NCBI GenBank assembly: GCA_050012075.1
Contig: JBEKHW010000001.1
Coordinates: 4,766 to 68,765 of the forward strand
Length of the DNA stretch: 64,000 nt
Direction of reading: 5' to 3'
Origin: Candidatus Omnitrophota bacterium
Lineage (GTDB): Bacteria; Omnitrophota; Gorgyraeia; Gygaellales; Profunditerraquicolaceae
Shown here: in pieces, positions 27,378-38,516 of the stretch
Position numbering within the stretch: position 1 is the stretch's first letter
Layout of the letters: each line of letters starts with the position of its first letter
Made by a program: the position numbers and the translations under genes
Notes under the pieces: model-generated
What the model was told of the DNA's origin: nothing
Seen by the model: only the letters and a program-made list of their open reading frames with translations
Database searches by the model: none

Positions 27378-27450
27378 AGGGACGGTTCTCAACTCAAAGC
27401 TAGAACTGTCCCCCTTTTAGGGACACTTCTCCGATTAAATTGAGAACCGT
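27378..27450 (-). promoter_or_regulatory. nested palindrome in the pfkA 5' leader / 3' of the upstream operon: GGGACGGTTCTCAA..(44 nt with inner GAACTGTCCCC/GGGGACACTTC hairpin)..TTGAGAACCGTCCC
   Basis: 14-bp perfect inverted repeat, plus an inner 10-bp imperfect hairpin, ending 2 nt before the pfkA RBS. Confidence 0.45.
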
Positions 27451-27460
27451 CCCTAATTCG

Positions 27461-29152
27461 CTAAAGCCCTTCTATCTGTAAATCGCGAGGATGTTCAACA
27501 AGAAAAGTATAGGTTATCTCCTGCTTCTTCTGGGGCTGCAAGGCTAATTCCCAAAGCCAGACGCCTTTCCTGTCCTTCCAATCCTTTTGCGTCGGCTCAA
27601 CACTCACTTTATCTATCCTGACTTTAATCCTATCATCCTGGGAAACCGGCATTGCCTCAAATAATTTCACGTTAATCGCCTTTGACTTATAGTTTTCTAC
27701 CGTCAGTTTATATTTAAAGATAGTGCGCCTGTTAGGAGAAGGTATATTTCCGATAATGGTCTCATCAACTTTCTTTTCAATCAGCTCTCTCTTAACCTTG
27801 ACATTCTCATCCGCTCCTAAATAAAGGTCAAACTCCTCCTGGGGAGCTATATTATCTATGCTGGATATACCCACAAAGTCACCGTCTAAAAAGATATTCA
27901 CCCGTCCGGCAAGCAGCTGTAAATCCGGCGCATTCAACACCCTGCTTCCTAAATAAGCGTTAAGCAGCGCCTTTGGATATGTAGAATATTCGAAGCTCGC
28001 CTTCAGGGTCTGAGTGGAAATCGGGAATTTTTCCTCTGTCCCGTCTGATTTAACGCTCGCCTTTTGCGTAAGCTTATAGACCACGGCAATCCCTTTCTCC
28101 TGCGCATGGCTGTATACCGGCGCTTGAGGCATAACACCTTCACCGCCTACACCAGATACATCGGATTTCGTCTCTATACTATATGCTTCGTACTGGAGAA
28201 ACGCTCTTTTATTTCTCCCGAACACGCCTCTTTCTTTATCAAGCATCATAGGACGCGGCTGATAAATCTTTAGGAGCCACGATTCAACATAGGGCATCCT
28301 TCCGCCGACAGCCGGCTTTGCAGTAGAAAGGGAAATTTCCACATTCTGCCAATCCTCCCCTGTCCTCTGCCTGATTATTCCATAAGAAACAAGCTCTACC
28401 TGCGATTTCTCAAAATTGGCCCTGGCGTCATAAATCGGCTGCCACGTAGCGCCACCGACCAGGTATGATATTACTAAGTCGGTTGTTACGGTCTTCGCAG
28501 CCTCTACTTCTACTATTATAGAGCGTTGCATCTTCTGCCGCGGCCCGGATATATCGGCAAGTTCTTTTCTTAAGGCCTCAAGCTTCTTCTCCTGTTCCCT
28601 TATCTGCAATTCCGTATCCAGGGCCTGGCTGTAATTATCTTTAAGCCGCGTATCCATAAATTTTAAGGTATCATCCATATCCTTTACCGCCGGCATCTTG
28701 GTAACCAATTCCTTGGGTAGCTGCTCTTTAGAAAACATGCGTATGGAATCCAGGAATTCTTTTTCATTGGCAAGGACTTCTTTGAAATTCTGGAGCTTTT
28801 TTATTTCATCCTCTATCTTTTGTATCTGGTCCTGCAACTCTCTAACCTTTTCTGCCGGCTCTTTAGTCAAAAACTCTCTTTTAAGCCGCGCACCGAGTAT
28901 TTTTACCGAAGCCGTATTAGCGCAGGAGACCTTCAGCGAATTTTCGTCTATCTCGGGAATGATGTCTGAAAAAACAACTTCGTGCGCGCCTGCGCCTAAT
29001 TGAACGTTGGCGCTGCGGCTGACCAAGGCAGAGTCAGGATACACAGTAACTTCTTTAATAGAAGACGCGGGTGTTAATTGGTCGGCAAATGAGCTAGTAC
29101 CCGATAATACAAAAAAACCTGAAATTATAAGCGAAACCGCTCTATTCTTCAT
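27461..29152 (-). CDS. DUF4139/DUF4140 family secreted protein (mucoidy-inhibitor MuiA-like architecture)
   Basis: Signal peptide, N-terminal beta domain, long coiled coil, C-terminal beta domain. Family call is from memory of TIGR02231-like organisation; moderate confidence. Confidence 0.5.
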   Translation of the reverse strand: MKNRAVSLIISGFFVLSGTSSFADQLTPASSIKEVTVYPDSALVSRSANVQLGAGAHEVVFSDIIPEIDENSLKVSCANTASVKILGARLKREFLTKEPAEKVRELQDQIQKIEDEIKKLQNFKEVLANEKEFLDSIRMFSKEQLPKELVTKMPAVKDMDDTLKFMDTRLKDNYSQALDTELQIREQEKKLEALRKELADISGPRQKMQRSIIVEVEAAKTVTTDLVISYLVGGATWQPIYDARANFEKSQVELVSYGIIRQRTGEDWQNVEISLSTAKPAVGGRMPYVESWLLKIYQPRPMMLDKERGVFGRNKRAFLQYEAYSIETKSDVSGVGGEGVMPQAPVYSHAQEKGIAVVYKLTQKASVKSDGTEEKFPISTQTLKASFEYSTYPKALLNAYLGSRVLNAPDLQLLAGRVNIFLDGDFVGISSIDNIAPQEEFDLYLGADENVKVKRELIEKKVDETIIGNIPSPNRRTIFKYKLTVENYKSKAINVKLFEAMPVSQDDRIKVRIDKVSVEPTQKDWKDRKGVWLWELALQPQKKQEITYTFLVEHPRDLQIEGL

Positions 29153-29585
29153 GTGCCGCCCCTCCTTTATCTTTTTCCAGCTCCGCGAGGTAAGCAATCA
29201 TCCTCTGTAATTCATTCTTGATATTCCTTACCTTTAAAACTGACTTAATGCGTAGTAACAGGTCTGTCTTATCAACGGGCTTATTGATAAAATCCGTGGC
29301 GCCCGCGGTCAAACTGTTCTCCTTTTCGCTGGGGTAAGCCGTAACCATGAGTATTGGGATTTCTTTCGTCTCTTCTTCCTTCCTTAAAGCCCGGCAGACC
29401 TCTATTCCGTTAAGGCCAGGCATAAAATAATCAAGGACTATGAGGTCTGGCTTTTGCGCCTTAGCAACCTCTAACGCCTCGACACCATCCTTGGCAATAA
29501 TAACCCCGTAGCCTTCCCTGGTGAGGATATTTTCTATCGCCCTTTGTATATCAACATCATCATCGGCATACATTACTCGTTCCAT
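29142..29585 (-). CDS. single-domain response regulator (CheY-like receiver)
   Basis: DDD...D(LIVLD)...T...K receiver residues: ADDDVD, LIVLDYFMPG, MVTA, KP. Confidence 0.7.
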   Translation of the reverse strand: MERVMYADDDVDIQRAIENILTREGYGVIIAKDGVEALEVAKAQKPDLIVLDYFMPGLNGIEVCRALRKEEETKEIPILMVTAYPSEKENSLTAGATDFINKPVDKTDLLLRIKSVLKVRNIKNELQRMIAYLAELEKDKGGAAHEE

Positions 29586-29682
29586 ATAGCCTCCTTAAAT
29601 GAACAGACAACTTATGGAGCGCCACAGGCGCGACATAAGTTGTAGCGTCTCTCATTTTACTTATCTATCAGCGTCTGCGAAG

Positions 29683-30939
29683 TTACGTCCCCAACTCCCA
29701 ACTGGCTAAATATTTCTTCTGTTCAGGGGTTAAACTGTCTATCTTTATCCCTAACGATTTTAATTTAAGCGCTGCGATACCTGCGTCGATATCCTGCGGC
29801 ACGGAATATACCTGCGGTGCCAGCTTTCTGTGGTTACGGCACAAGTATTGCGCCGAAAGCGCCTGGTTCGCAAAGGACATATCCATTACCTGCGCGGGAT
29901 GGCCTTCTGCGGCTGCCAGGTTTATCAACCGGCCTTCGCCCAGAAGATAAATCTTGCGCCCATCCCTTAGAATATATTCAACCGTAAAATCGCGGATCTC
30001 CTTTTTCTTTTTGCTCAATTTTTCGAGGGCCCCGATTTCAAGCTCTACATTAAAATGCCCGGAATTACAGACTATTGCCCCGTCTTTCATTATCTGGAAA
30101 TGCTCCTTGCGGATGACATTAATATCTCCTGTCACGGTTACAAAAATATCGCCTATCCGCGCCGCATCCTTAATCGGCATCGCGCGGAAGCCATCCATTG
30201 TCGCCTCAAGCGCCCTTAAGGGATCCACTTCAACGACAATCACATTAGCGCCCATTCCTTTTGCGCGCATGGCCACACCCTTACCGCACCAGCCGTAACC
30301 GGCTACCACAAAATTACTTCCCGCGATTAATTTATTGGTCGCCCGGACTATGCCGTCTATTGTTGATTGCCCTGTGCCGTAACGGTTGTCAAAAAGATGC
30401 TTTGTCTGGGCATCATTTACCGCGATGATAGGATAACGCAGCTTCCCTTCTTCTGCCAATGCCTTAAGCCGGATTACGCCGGTAGTCGTCTCTTCTGTGC
30501 CTCCGATAATATTACGGTGCGCATAGGAGACCCTGCGGTGAATACTGCTTACCAGGTCCGCTCCGTCATCCATGGTGATATCGGGTTTTGCTGCCAGGAC
30601 CGCTTCAATATGCTTATAATAGGTCTTTGTATCCTCGCCTTTAATCGAGAAAACAGAAATCTTCAAATTCTTTGCCAAAGATGCGGCGACATCATCCTGC
30701 GTTGATAAAGGGTTTGACGCGCAAAGATAAATTTCGGCGCCACCAGCTTTCAATACCTCCATAAGAACCCCGGTTTCCGTAGTTACATGGAGGCAGGCCG
30801 CGACCTTCCTGCCTTTTAAAGGCATTTCTTTTTTAAAGCGCTGGGCAAGTAAACCCAGGACAGGCATATTGTTGCGCGCCCATTCAATTCGCAACGCTCC
30901 TTTTTTAGCTAATTTCAAATCTTTAACATCATAGTTCAT
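29683..30939 (-). CDS. ahcY: adenosylhomocysteinase
   Basis: Conserved SAHH NAD-binding GYGWCGKG motif and SAHH signature regions. Confidence 0.9.
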   Translation of the reverse strand: MNYDVKDLKLAKKGALRIEWARNNMPVLGLLAQRFKKEMPLKGRKVAACLHVTTETGVLMEVLKAGGAEIYLCASNPLSTQDDVAASLAKNLKISVFSIKGEDTKTYYKHIEAVLAAKPDITMDDGADLVSSIHRRVSYAHRNIIGGTEETTTGVIRLKALAEEGKLRYPIIAVNDAQTKHLFDNRYGTGQSTIDGIVRATNKLIAGSNFVVAGYGWCGKGVAMRAKGMGANVIVVEVDPLRALEATMDGFRAMPIKDAARIGDIFVTVTGDINVIRKEHFQIMKDGAIVCNSGHFNVELEIGALEKLSKKKKEIRDFTVEYILRDGRKIYLLGEGRLINLAAAEGHPAQVMDMSFANQALSAQYLCRNHRKLAPQVYSVPQDIDAGIAALKLKSLGIKIDSLTPEQKKYLASWELGT

Positions 30940-30952
30940 ATATGCTCCTCGG

Positions 30953-31020
30953 GGTCACAATGTCACCGAGTCACAATGTCACATAAACCTTGTGACTTTG
31001 TGGCCTTGTGACTTTGTGAC
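30953..31020. repeat. heptamer hairpin R6 (GTCACAA family) between the metK stop and ahcY RBS
   Basis: GGTCACAATGTCACCGAGTCACAATGTCACATAAACCTTGTGACTTTGTGGCCTTGTGACTTTGTGAC. Confidence 0.6.
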
Positions 31021-31023
31021 TAC

Positions 31024-32202
31024 TTACAAGCATTTGGCTTGTTTCTTTAGTGCAACTACTTTATCAGTTTTTTCCCAGGTAAACTCGGGTTCCGTTCTTC
31101 CAAAATGGCCGAAACATGCGGTCTTCCGGAATATCGGACGCAATAAATCCAATGAGCTGATTATGCCTCTCGGCGTCAGGTCAAAATTCTCGCGGATAAG
31201 CTGAACAAATTTTTCTTCGGATATTTTTCCGGTCCCATATGTCTCCACATAAATAGATAATGGGTCAGCATAGCCGATAACATAAGACAGCTGCACCATG
31301 AATTTGTCCGCTAACCCGGCGGCAACAATATTCTTTGCGATATAGCGGCACATATAAGCCGCTGAACGGTCTACTTTTGTCGGGTCTTTTCCGGAAAAAG
31401 CCCCTCCGCCGTGCGGTACAGTCCCGCCGTAAGTATCAACGATTATTTTTCTTCCGGTCATGCCGGTATCTGACTGCGGGCCGCCGATAACAAATTTTCC
31501 CGTCTGATTGACATAATATTTTGTATCTTTATCTATCCAGCCCTTTAATACGGGCTTTGCGATTACATCAATAAGTTCCTGGCGCGCCTTTGTTGTAATA
31601 TGCTTTCCTGTTTTATCCAGGATTTCATGGGTATGCTGGCAGGCGATTACCACAGAATCAATGCGCTTTGCTACGCCGTTATGGTATTCAAAAGTGACCT
31701 GCGATTTACAATCAGGCCCCAGGTATTTTAAAATATTCTCCTCACGCACTACGCTCATCCGTCTAACCAGTTTATGCGCGAATATTATGGGAAGCGGCAT
31801 AAATTCTTCTGTTTCGCGGCAGGCGTAGCCAAACATTATTCCCTGGTCTCCGGCGCCGCCCGCGTTAACGCCTTGCGCGATATCCGGAGATTGTGAATTT
31901 ATCGTATTGATAATGGCGCAGGTCTCGTAATCAAAGCCGTATTTCGGATGCGTGTAGCCGATTTCTTTGATAATCTTACGCGCGAGTTTCTGTATATCAA
32001 CATAGGCAGTAGTCGTGATCTCACCACCCACGACCAAAAGCCCCATAGTCACATAGGTCTCGCAGGCAACCCTGCTTCTTTCTTTATTGGGGTCGAGCTT
32101 TAAAACCTCATCCAAAACCCCGTCTGATATCTGGTCACAAACTTTATCCGGATGACCCATCCCCACCGACTCAGAAGTAAAAAAATGCTTACGCAAACTC
32201 AT
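31024..32202 (-). CDS. metK: S-adenosylmethionine synthetase
   Basis: GHPDK, GAGDQG and the [10 protein letters not shown]-loop signature motifs. Confidence 0.9.
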   Translation of the reverse strand: MSLRKHFFTSESVGMGHPDKVCDQISDGVLDEVLKLDPNKERSRVACETYVTMGLLVVGGEITTTAYVDIQKLARKIIKEIGYTHPKYGFDYETCAIINTINSQSPDIAQGVNAGGAGDQGIMFGYACRETEEFMPLPIIFAHKLVRRMSVVREENILKYLGPDCKSQVTFEYHNGVAKRIDSVVIACQHTHEILDKTGKHITTKARQELIDVIAKPVLKGWIDKDTKYYVNQTGKFVIGGPQSDTGMTGRKIIVDTYGGTVPHGGGAFSGKDPTKVDRSAAYMCRYIAKNIVAAGLADKFMVQLSYVIGYADPLSIYVETYGTGKISEEKFVQLIRENFDLTPRGIISSLDLLRPIFRKTACFGHFGRTEPEFTWEKTDKVVALKKQAKCL

Positions 32203-32290
32203 CCCTCACCCTCCTTAAATAAGCCATGCCTATGGCGTTTATGGCTTATTTAACTCCACGCTATGCGTGGAGCTTCATTTTAGTAATGTC

Positions 32291-33025
32291 TTAGAAATTC
32301 TCTTGTGCCAATCCGTAAAATTTATAATCTCCTATATCGTACCATTTACTGCCGAACGCGACGCCATATACGGCTTCCTTTTTCCTTAACCAGTCTATAT
32401 AAAAACCTGTGGCATCGGTCTTACCGTGGTAAGCTTCTTTATATTCTTTCATAAGGCCAAGCTTTTCTTTCGGGAAATAATACAGGCACATTGCTACGAG
32501 CGTTGACTCCGGCGCTTCCGGCTTCTCCTTGAAATCAACAATCCTTTTTTCATTATCCAGCTTGACTACTCCGTAGCGGCTGGCTTCTTTTATATCCCGG
32601 ATATCGTAAATTCCCATACTGACATTGGGAAGATGCCTAGAGGTAATATCAACGAAATCATTGAGAGAACCATCAAACAGATTATCTCCTCCCACGACCA
32701 GTAAATCTTCGCTTATGCTTTTTGCATTAACCACGAAATCTATGTCTCCGATTGCCCCGCGCCTGGTTGCGTTATCTTCGGTCAAATCATCCACCAAAGT
32801 AATTAATTTCTTTGCCGCCAGGCTACTCTTCCACTTATCAAAAAAAGGAAAAAATTTGCTGTTAGTGACCACAAAAATTTCATTTATCGCTTCTACCTTC
32901 TGGAGCCCGGATACGATATAATCGATTATCGGCCTGCCTTTTACCTCAAGAAGCGATTTCGGATATTCCTTGGTCAGGGGATAAAGGCGCGTGGCATAAC
33001 CGGCTGCTAATATCAGCGCTTTCAT
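32291..33025 (-). CDS. sugar-phosphate nucleotidyltransferase (NTP_transferase family)
   Basis: MKALILAAGYATRLYPLT..PK.LL nucleotide-binding signature. Confidence 0.7.
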   Translation of the reverse strand: MKALILAAGYATRLYPLTKEYPKSLLEVKGRPIIDYIVSGLQKVEAINEIFVVTNSKFFPFFDKWKSSLAAKKLITLVDDLTEDNATRRGAIGDIDFVVNAKSISEDLLVVGGDNLFDGSLNDFVDITSRHLPNVSMGIYDIRDIKEASRYGVVKLDNEKRIVDFKEKPEAPESTLVAMCLYYFPKEKLGLMKEYKEAYHGKTDATGFYIDWLRKKEAVYGVAFGSKWYDIGDYKFYGLAQENF

Positions 33026-33032
33026 TAAGAAA

Positions 33033-34103
33033 TCAACCTTTGGCTAACTGGTTTTTCAAATACGTGACCCTGTCTACCGGCGTAGGGTCGATACCGTAGA
33101 GTATAGCCAGATAATAAGAAACGAAATCGCCTATATAGGCCAGGGAAAGAATCCTCGCTAACAATTCTTCTCCGTGCGACCATACCTCTATTACCTTTAC
33201 CCCGTCTTTACGCAGGATGTCGGCGGTTATATCCATGCGTTTACTTGTGCGCGGGTGCATATCTTTATCCCTTAGCATTACCACCACAAAATCCTTGAAT
33301 AATTTTTTCGGCTGCTCCCACCCGACAATCTCATTGTGGTTCATCTCCGGAAAAACATGGGAAGAGGCAAGCGCCTTGGAATTCTCGGCAAGCTGTCCTC
33401 TCATACGCGTAGCGCATATGTCAAAATGAATAGACGCGGAATATATGACGGTAAATTTATTAAAAATACTGTTTGCCAGGGATTTCGCTATATTATCCTT
33501 CAGTCCTATTTCCGGCGTAAGCACCCTGTCACGCAGATCTTCCAGCACTTTTATTGCCCCTTTTATCGCAAGCCCTGTATCCTTGATTATCCCTAATTTA
33601 CCTAAGACGCAGAGAGGAATTATACTCTGGTAACCCAGCGCGCAGCGCGGGGGAATGCCCTTGGGTATCTCGATAAAGGTTACATTATCGCGTACGGCCA
33701 GTTCCTTGATCTTTCCTCCTGATGAAAGCGCGATAATCGTAGCGCCCTTTTTTCTTGCCTCCTGATACGCGCTTAATGTCTCTTCGGTATTGCCGGAATA
33801 ACTGGCTATAAATACAAGGCTTGAGGCATTAACATAAGCCGGCAGCGTATATTCGCGTAACACCGTGATAGGGAGGCTACAATCAGAATACAGGTATGAC
33901 CTGACTAAATCCGCGCCGATGGCAGAACCGCCCAAGCCGGCAAAGACAATCTTCCCAAAATCTCTTTTTGCAAATCTTATGCTTGCCCTTTCCCCTATAT
34001 CCTTGGCATAAGAGCACTGCTGGGGAAAATCAAGCAAAAGTGTAAGCATCTTAGATTTATCCAGTTTCTTTATAGCTGCTGCTGAAAGGCTGGACTTCTT
34101 CAT
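33033..34103 (-). CDS. bifunctional phosphoglucose/phosphomannose isomerase (SIS-domain, archaeal-type PGI/PMI)
   Basis: Double SIS-domain architecture, GSA(IG) and S(Y)SG.T.ET boxes. Adjacent to the NTP-transferase. Confidence 0.65.
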   Translation of the reverse strand: MKKSSLSAAAIKKLDKSKMLTLLLDFPQQCSYAKDIGERASIRFAKRDFGKIVFAGLGGSAIGADLVRSYLYSDCSLPITVLREYTLPAYVNASSLVFIASYSGNTEETLSAYQEARKKGATIIALSSGGKIKELAVRDNVTFIEIPKGIPPRCALGYQSIIPLCVLGKLGIIKDTGLAIKGAIKVLEDLRDRVLTPEIGLKDNIAKSLANSIFNKFTVIYSASIHFDICATRMRGQLAENSKALASSHVFPEMNHNEIVGWEQPKKLFKDFVVVMLRDKDMHPRTSKRMDITADILRKDGVKVIEVWSHGEELLARILSLAYIGDFVSYYLAILYGIDPTPVDRVTYLKNQLAKG

Positions 34104-35830
34104 GCAATAACCTCCCTGAATTTAATCTGCGCGAACTCTTCTACTTCCTTACCGGTTGATAGTTTAAGCGCGTTGTTGGCAATGCTTCGCGCCTCCTTGA
34201 GGCTCACTGCACGGATAATATATTTTATCTGCGGGATTACCTGGGGCGGCATGCTGAATTCATCCAACCCCAAACCCAGAAGTATCAGCGCGAAACTGGG
34301 CTCTCCTGCCATTTCTCCGCACATACCCACCTTTATATTTGCCTGATGGGCAAATACTATAATGTTCCTAATCAGGCGTAATACTGCCGGATGTGCCGGC
34401 TCATAAAGATATGCCACCTTTTCATTCACGCGGTCTACGGCCAGCGCATATTGAATGAGGTCATTTGTGCCTATACTGAAGAAGTCGGCTTCCTCCGCCA
34501 GTATATCGGCGGTCATAGCCGCGGAAGGCACCTCAATCATTACTCCGGTCTGGATATCCTCGTTAAAAGGGATATTCTTGTCACGCAATTCCCCTTTTAC
34601 ATCCTCCAGGACCTGGTTTGCCTGTTTTAACTCTTCGATACCGGAAATCATGGGATACATAAGCTTAAGATTCCCATGGGCAGATGCACGCAGTATCGCC
34701 CTTAACTGAACTTTAAAAATATCCTGGCGCGCAAGGCAGAACCTGATAGCCCGCCATCCTAAAAAGGGCTCCATCTCGTGCGGTATCTCAAATTGGGAAA
34801 GGAATTTATCGCCCCCCAAGTCCAGCGTGCGGATAATCACTGAATTTGGCTGCATAGCTTCAGCCACGTATTTATAGGCCTGGTAATGCTCCTCTTCAGA
34901 AGGCATATCCTTCCTGTTCATATAGAAAAACTCCGTGCGGTACAGGCCTATTCCCTGTGCGCCATGCAATTTAACAGAAGCAACCTCATCCGGAAATTCG
35001 ATGTTGGCTGATATCTCCACAGTATGATTATCGGGAGTGATTGCAGGCAGATCCTTGGCAGTGAGGAATCTTTCTGTGATACCGAGCATCCGCTTTTCTT
35101 CTTCCTGATAATTCCGCAGCGTCTCTTCATCGGGATTAATAATGACAATGCCCATACTGCCGTCTACTATCAGGATATCTCCGGAATTGATTTTCGAAGT
35201 TACCTCTTCAACTCCCACTACCGCAGGTATCTCTAATGCCTTTGCCATAATCGCGGTGTGCGACGTCTTTCCTCCGATATCTGTGATAAAGGCGCTGACA
35301 CTCTGCTTATGCATGGCTGCGGTATCTGATGGTGAAAGGTCATGGGCAACTACAATCACCCGTTCCTTTAAATCAGCAAGTGCCGTGCGCGGCTTGCCTA
35401 AGAGGTGGCGCAGTATGCGCTTACCCACATCGTTTATATCGGCGACCCGCTCTCTCAAATATTCATCTTCTATCTTGGAAAATACCTCGATATATTTCTT
35501 CATAACTTCCGAGAATATGAAGGCGACATTCAGGCGCTCTTTTTTGAGCCGCGAAATAACTTCCTCGATTAACATGCGGTCTTCTAAGACCAAAAGATGC
35601 GCGTCAAAAATCTGCGCCTCATCCTGGCCCATCTCAGCGCCTATCTTCTTCTGCAGTTCGATTATCTCGCGGCGGGTCCTGATCAATGCTTCTTCAAAGA
35701 GCTGTATCTGCAGCGGTATGTCCTGCTCGCCGATCTCCTCCCTCGGGATAATAAATTCCTCTTTACCGACCCTGTAGGCGGGGCCGATACTTATGCCTGA
35801 AGCCGCGGCTATGCCTTTGAGCTTAATCAT
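34100..35830 (-). CDS. ptsI: phosphoenolpyruvate-protein phosphotransferase (PTS enzyme I)
   Basis: Phospho-His region [12 protein letters not shown] plus PEP-utilising C-terminal TIM-barrel motifs. Confidence 0.9.
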   Translation of the reverse strand: MIKLKGIAAASGISIGPAYRVGKEEFIIPREEIGEQDIPLQIQLFEEALIRTRREIIELQKKIGAEMGQDEAQIFDAHLLVLEDRMLIEEVISRLKKERLNVAFIFSEVMKKYIEVFSKIEDEYLRERVADINDVGKRILRHLLGKPRTALADLKERVIVVAHDLSPSDTAAMHKQSVSAFITDIGGKTSHTAIMAKALEIPAVVGVEEVTSKINSGDILIVDGSMGIVIINPDEETLRNYQEEEKRMLGITERFLTAKDLPAITPDNHTVEISANIEFPDEVASVKLHGAQGIGLYRTEFFYMNRKDMPSEEEHYQAYKYVAEAMQPNSVIIRTLDLGGDKFLSQFEIPHEMEPFLGWRAIRFCLARQDIFKVQLRAILRASAHGNLKLMYPMISGIEELKQANQVLEDVKGELRDKNIPFNEDIQTGVMIEVPSAAMTADILAEEADFFSIGTNDLIQYALAVDRVNEKVAYLYEPAHPAVLRLIRNIIVFAHQANIKVGMCGEMAGEPSFALILLGLGLDEFSMPPQVIPQIKYIIRAVSLKEARSIANNALKLSTGKEVEEFAQIKFREVIA

Positions 35831-36096
35831 AAATCTTGTTCTCCAGAAAGAAGCTTCTCTAATTCCACGATGGCTGTTTCGGCGTCCTCTCCGTCTGCTT
35901 CTATAATAATAGTGCTGCCCTTTTCAGCGCCCAGCATCAGTATCCCCATAATGGATTTGCCGTTAACTTCTTCTTCCTCGCGCCTTATGGTTATACGCGA
36001 ATCGAATTTATTAGCTATCTGGACAAAGATAGCCGCCGGACGTGCATGCAGGCCCTGTTTATTATTTACAATTACGCTCTTTTTTATCACTGGCAT
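35827..36096 (-). CDS. ptsH: phosphocarrier protein HPr
   Basis: GLHARPAA His-15 site. 89 aa. Confidence 0.85.
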   Translation of the reverse strand: MPVIKKSVIVNNKQGLHARPAAIFVQIANKFDSRITIRREEEEVNGKSIMGILMLGAEKGSTIIIEADGEDAETAIVELEKLLSGEQDL

Positions 36097-37337
36097 CAGA
36101 TCTCTTCCATAAGGCCTACGATTATTTTGGCCAATCTCACAGGGTCGTGCCGGATAACATCGTCTTCTACTATCGCGAAATTATCTTCGATAACCCTGTA
36201 ACCCATATTTTCAACTTTCTTCCGGTCATTGATAACCAGGTATGAATCCTGCGCAGAATAGCGTTTCAGGGTCCCTGCCGGTATCTCTCCTGTATTTATA
36301 ATGCAATAGTCAAATACCTTAGGATGCGCATGCGCTACCAGCGCATTTATATGGTCCGAGGCGGTATAGCCGTCTGTCTCTCCCGGCTGGGTCATGACAT
36401 TACAGACATATACCTTGATTGCGCCCGAAGAAGCAATTGCCTCTGTAATTTCCTTTATCAATAGGTTCGGGATGATACTTGTATAAAGCGAACCCGGGCC
36501 CAGGATTATAAGTTGGGCTTCCTTTATCGCCTTAAGCGCATCGGGAGTCGGCTGCGGCGCGGCCGGTTCAAGGGAAACCCTGTTAATGGACCTGCGGCTC
36601 TTGGGTATTTTGTTCTCACCTACGGTCGTAGAGCCGTCATCGTGCTTTGCCAAAAGTACTACGTTATTCAAGGTAGAAGGAATAACCTGTCCCCGCAGCG
36701 CCAATACCTTGCTTGTCTCTTTTATCGCTTTCTCGAAATCTCCGGTCAGCTGCGTCATGACGGTAATAAACAGGTTCCCGAAACTGTGACCCGATAGCTC
36801 AGAGTTCGTATCGAAACGGAACTGGAATAAATCACGCATAAGGGCCGGCGCATCAGCCAGGGCTACCAGGCAGTTGCGGATATCTCCGGGCGGAAGTATG
36901 TCAAACTCCTGGCGCAGCCTCCCCGAAGAGCCGCCGTCATCAGCAACGGTAACCACTGCGGTAATATTAGCGGTGTATTCCTTAAGGCCGCTTAATAAAA
37001 CTGAAAGCCCTGTCCCCCCTCCGACTGCCACGATCCGGGGCCCGCGGCTTAATTGTTTCTTCTTATATAGAATATCGACGAGCTCAGTACCCCGCGAAGA
37101 GGGCATAAAGACATTGATAAAAGAACGCATCATCCGCTTTATGCCTAATACGAGAATTATAATTCCGGAAAACACTATTGTCGCGTCCAAAAGCTGTAAA
37201 AGCCAATACTCGTCGGAGCGTAAATGCGCTGTGCCAAAAATAAGTAGTAGCACCCCGAAAGCGCCGAACATTATCCAGCGCTTGATGCCTATTCCCGGGT
37301 AAAGCCATTTGAATATCCGACTGATTCTTGCCAGCAT
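36096..37337 (-). CDS. yvcK: gluconeogenesis factor YvcK/CofD-like (UPF0052) with N-terminal 2-TM extension
   Basis: GPRIVAVGGGTGLS nucleotide-loop of the YvcK/CofD family. The first ~70 aa are hydrophobic. Confidence 0.75.
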   Translation of the reverse strand: MLARISRIFKWLYPGIGIKRWIMFGAFGVLLLIFGTAHLRSDEYWLLQLLDATIVFSGIIILVLGIKRMMRSFINVFMPSSRGTELVDILYKKKQLSRGPRIVAVGGGTGLSVLLSGLKEYTANITAVVTVADDGGSSGRLRQEFDILPPGDIRNCLVALADAPALMRDLFQFRFDTNSELSGHSFGNLFITVMTQLTGDFEKAIKETSKVLALRGQVIPSTLNNVVLLAKHDDGSTTVGENKIPKSRRSINRVSLEPAAPQPTPDALKAIKEAQLIILGPGSLYTSIIPNLLIKEITEAIASSGAIKVYVCNVMTQPGETDGYTASDHINALVAHAHPKVFDYCIINTGEIPAGTLKRYSAQDSYLVINDRKKVENMGYRVIEDNFAIVEDDVIRHDPVRLAKIIVGLMEEI

Positions 37338-37367
37338 TAAATCAACCCTTCCTTAAAATATTTGATT

Positions 37368-37838
37368 TTAAGGTTTCTTTTCGTCTTCTTGAGCAATAAT
37401 CTTCAACACCGACTTATCATCGGTAGAGCTGCGCAGGGTGTCGCGGAAATATTTATCTTTGAGCAGGCGCGAAATACGGGCAAGCGCCTTAAGATGAGGC
37501 CCCGCGGAATCCTGCGGTGCCACTAACAGAAAAAATATATAAGCCGGTTCTCCGTCTAGTGAATCAAAATCCACGCCTTTCTTGGAAAGGCCAAAAGCCG
37601 CTATCAGGCTGTCTACGCATTCGGACTTTGCGTGAGGTATAGCAATACCCTGGCCTATGGCGGTTGAACCCAACGCCTCCCTGGCCATAAGAGCATCAAT
37701 TAGTTTGGCGCGGTAGCGTTTTTCGATATCGCCTGCGTCAACAAGAGCATCTACCAGCTCTCTAATTACCTCCTCTTTCTTAGTCGCTTTTATATCCATT
37801 ACGATTGCTTTTTTCGAAAGAAAATCCATAACTAGCAT
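37368..37838 (-). CDS. ptsN: PTS EIIA (PtsN/fructose-type) regulatory protein
   Basis: GIAIPHAK active-site His motif. 156 aa. Confidence 0.75.
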   Translation of the reverse strand: MLVMDFLSKKAIVMDIKATKKEEVIRELVDALVDAGDIEKRYRAKLIDALMAREALGSTAIGQGIAIPHAKSECVDSLIAAFGLSKKGVDFDSLDGEPAYIFFLLVAPQDSAGPHLKALARISRLLKDKYFRDTLRSSTDDKSVLKIIAQEDEKKP

Positions 37839-37862
37839 AATACGCTCCTTTTAATGAGCACT

Positions 37863-37960
37863 AAACTTACGATCCGCCGTAGGCGGAGAGTAAGTTTATG
37901 TGCGAATTAATCCCACACCCAGCCAGTAAGCTTACATAGCTATAGTTTTCTGGGTGTGGG
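37863..37960. repeat. composite hairpin element copy 2 (gene-less). Hairpin A AAACTTACG..CGTAAGTTT-like, linker TGTGCGAATTAATCC, then CCCACACCCAG-27 nt-CTGGGTGTGGG hairpin
   Basis: Collinear with 4645-4703 plus 4937-4949 but with a 27-nt loop in place of the GIY-YIG gene. Confidence 0.55.
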
Positions 37961-38182
37961 ATACCCGATTACGATTTAAAAAGAACAGTCCCCTGCCTTC
38001 AATTTTTGTTTGCCCATACAACTTACGTTCGCTTCGTTCCGTAAGTATCTTGTACCTCGCTTAAACACTTGTACTTTTCTTTGAAAAGTACTACGTAAGC
38101 TCGGTATAAATTCGCAGACGGCCTTCGGCCTACGGCTTACGTTCGCTCAGCCTGTTCGCTCCGTAAGCCGTCTGCTCATTTA

Positions 38183-38255
38183 AGCGGGAGACGGGATTCG
38201 AACCCGCGACATTAACCTTGGCAAGGTTACGCTCTACCAACTGAGCCACTCCCGC
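38183..38255 (-). tRNA. tRNA-Gly (anticodon GCC)
   Basis: Hand-folded cloverleaf: acceptor GCGGGAG, D-arm GCTCAGTTGGTAGAGC, anticodon loop TTGCCAA, T-arm GCGGGTTCGAATCCCGT. No encoded CCA. Confidence 0.8.
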
Positions 38256-38516
38256 GTTAAAATTAAAGCTCCCTTGATTTCGGCGTGCCTCTGGCGATTA
38301 CGCCGAAATCACACTTTGCTCTGCAAAGTGCTTGGCGCAATTGTTAATTTTACGCCGAGCCCTGCGAGGCGCATACATTAACTATCCTAAGCCCTGCGCG
38401 ACCAAAATAAATTCTGGAAATTCTTTCCCCACACCACTTTAAGTTTTTAGCAGCGTTCAATTAAGAAACATATTATATCCGCCTGCGGCGGATAGCTGTT
38501 AAAAACTTGTCGTTCA

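Noticed and set aside
27368-27392. TTG-initiated longer starts proposed by the ORF track for pfkA (27392), the giant gene (60801), ilvD (25008), ilvC (20922) and pyrH (40930)
   Set aside because: In each case an internal ATG with a good Shine-Dalgarno aligns with the conserved family N-terminus. The extensions read through hairpin or repeat elements.
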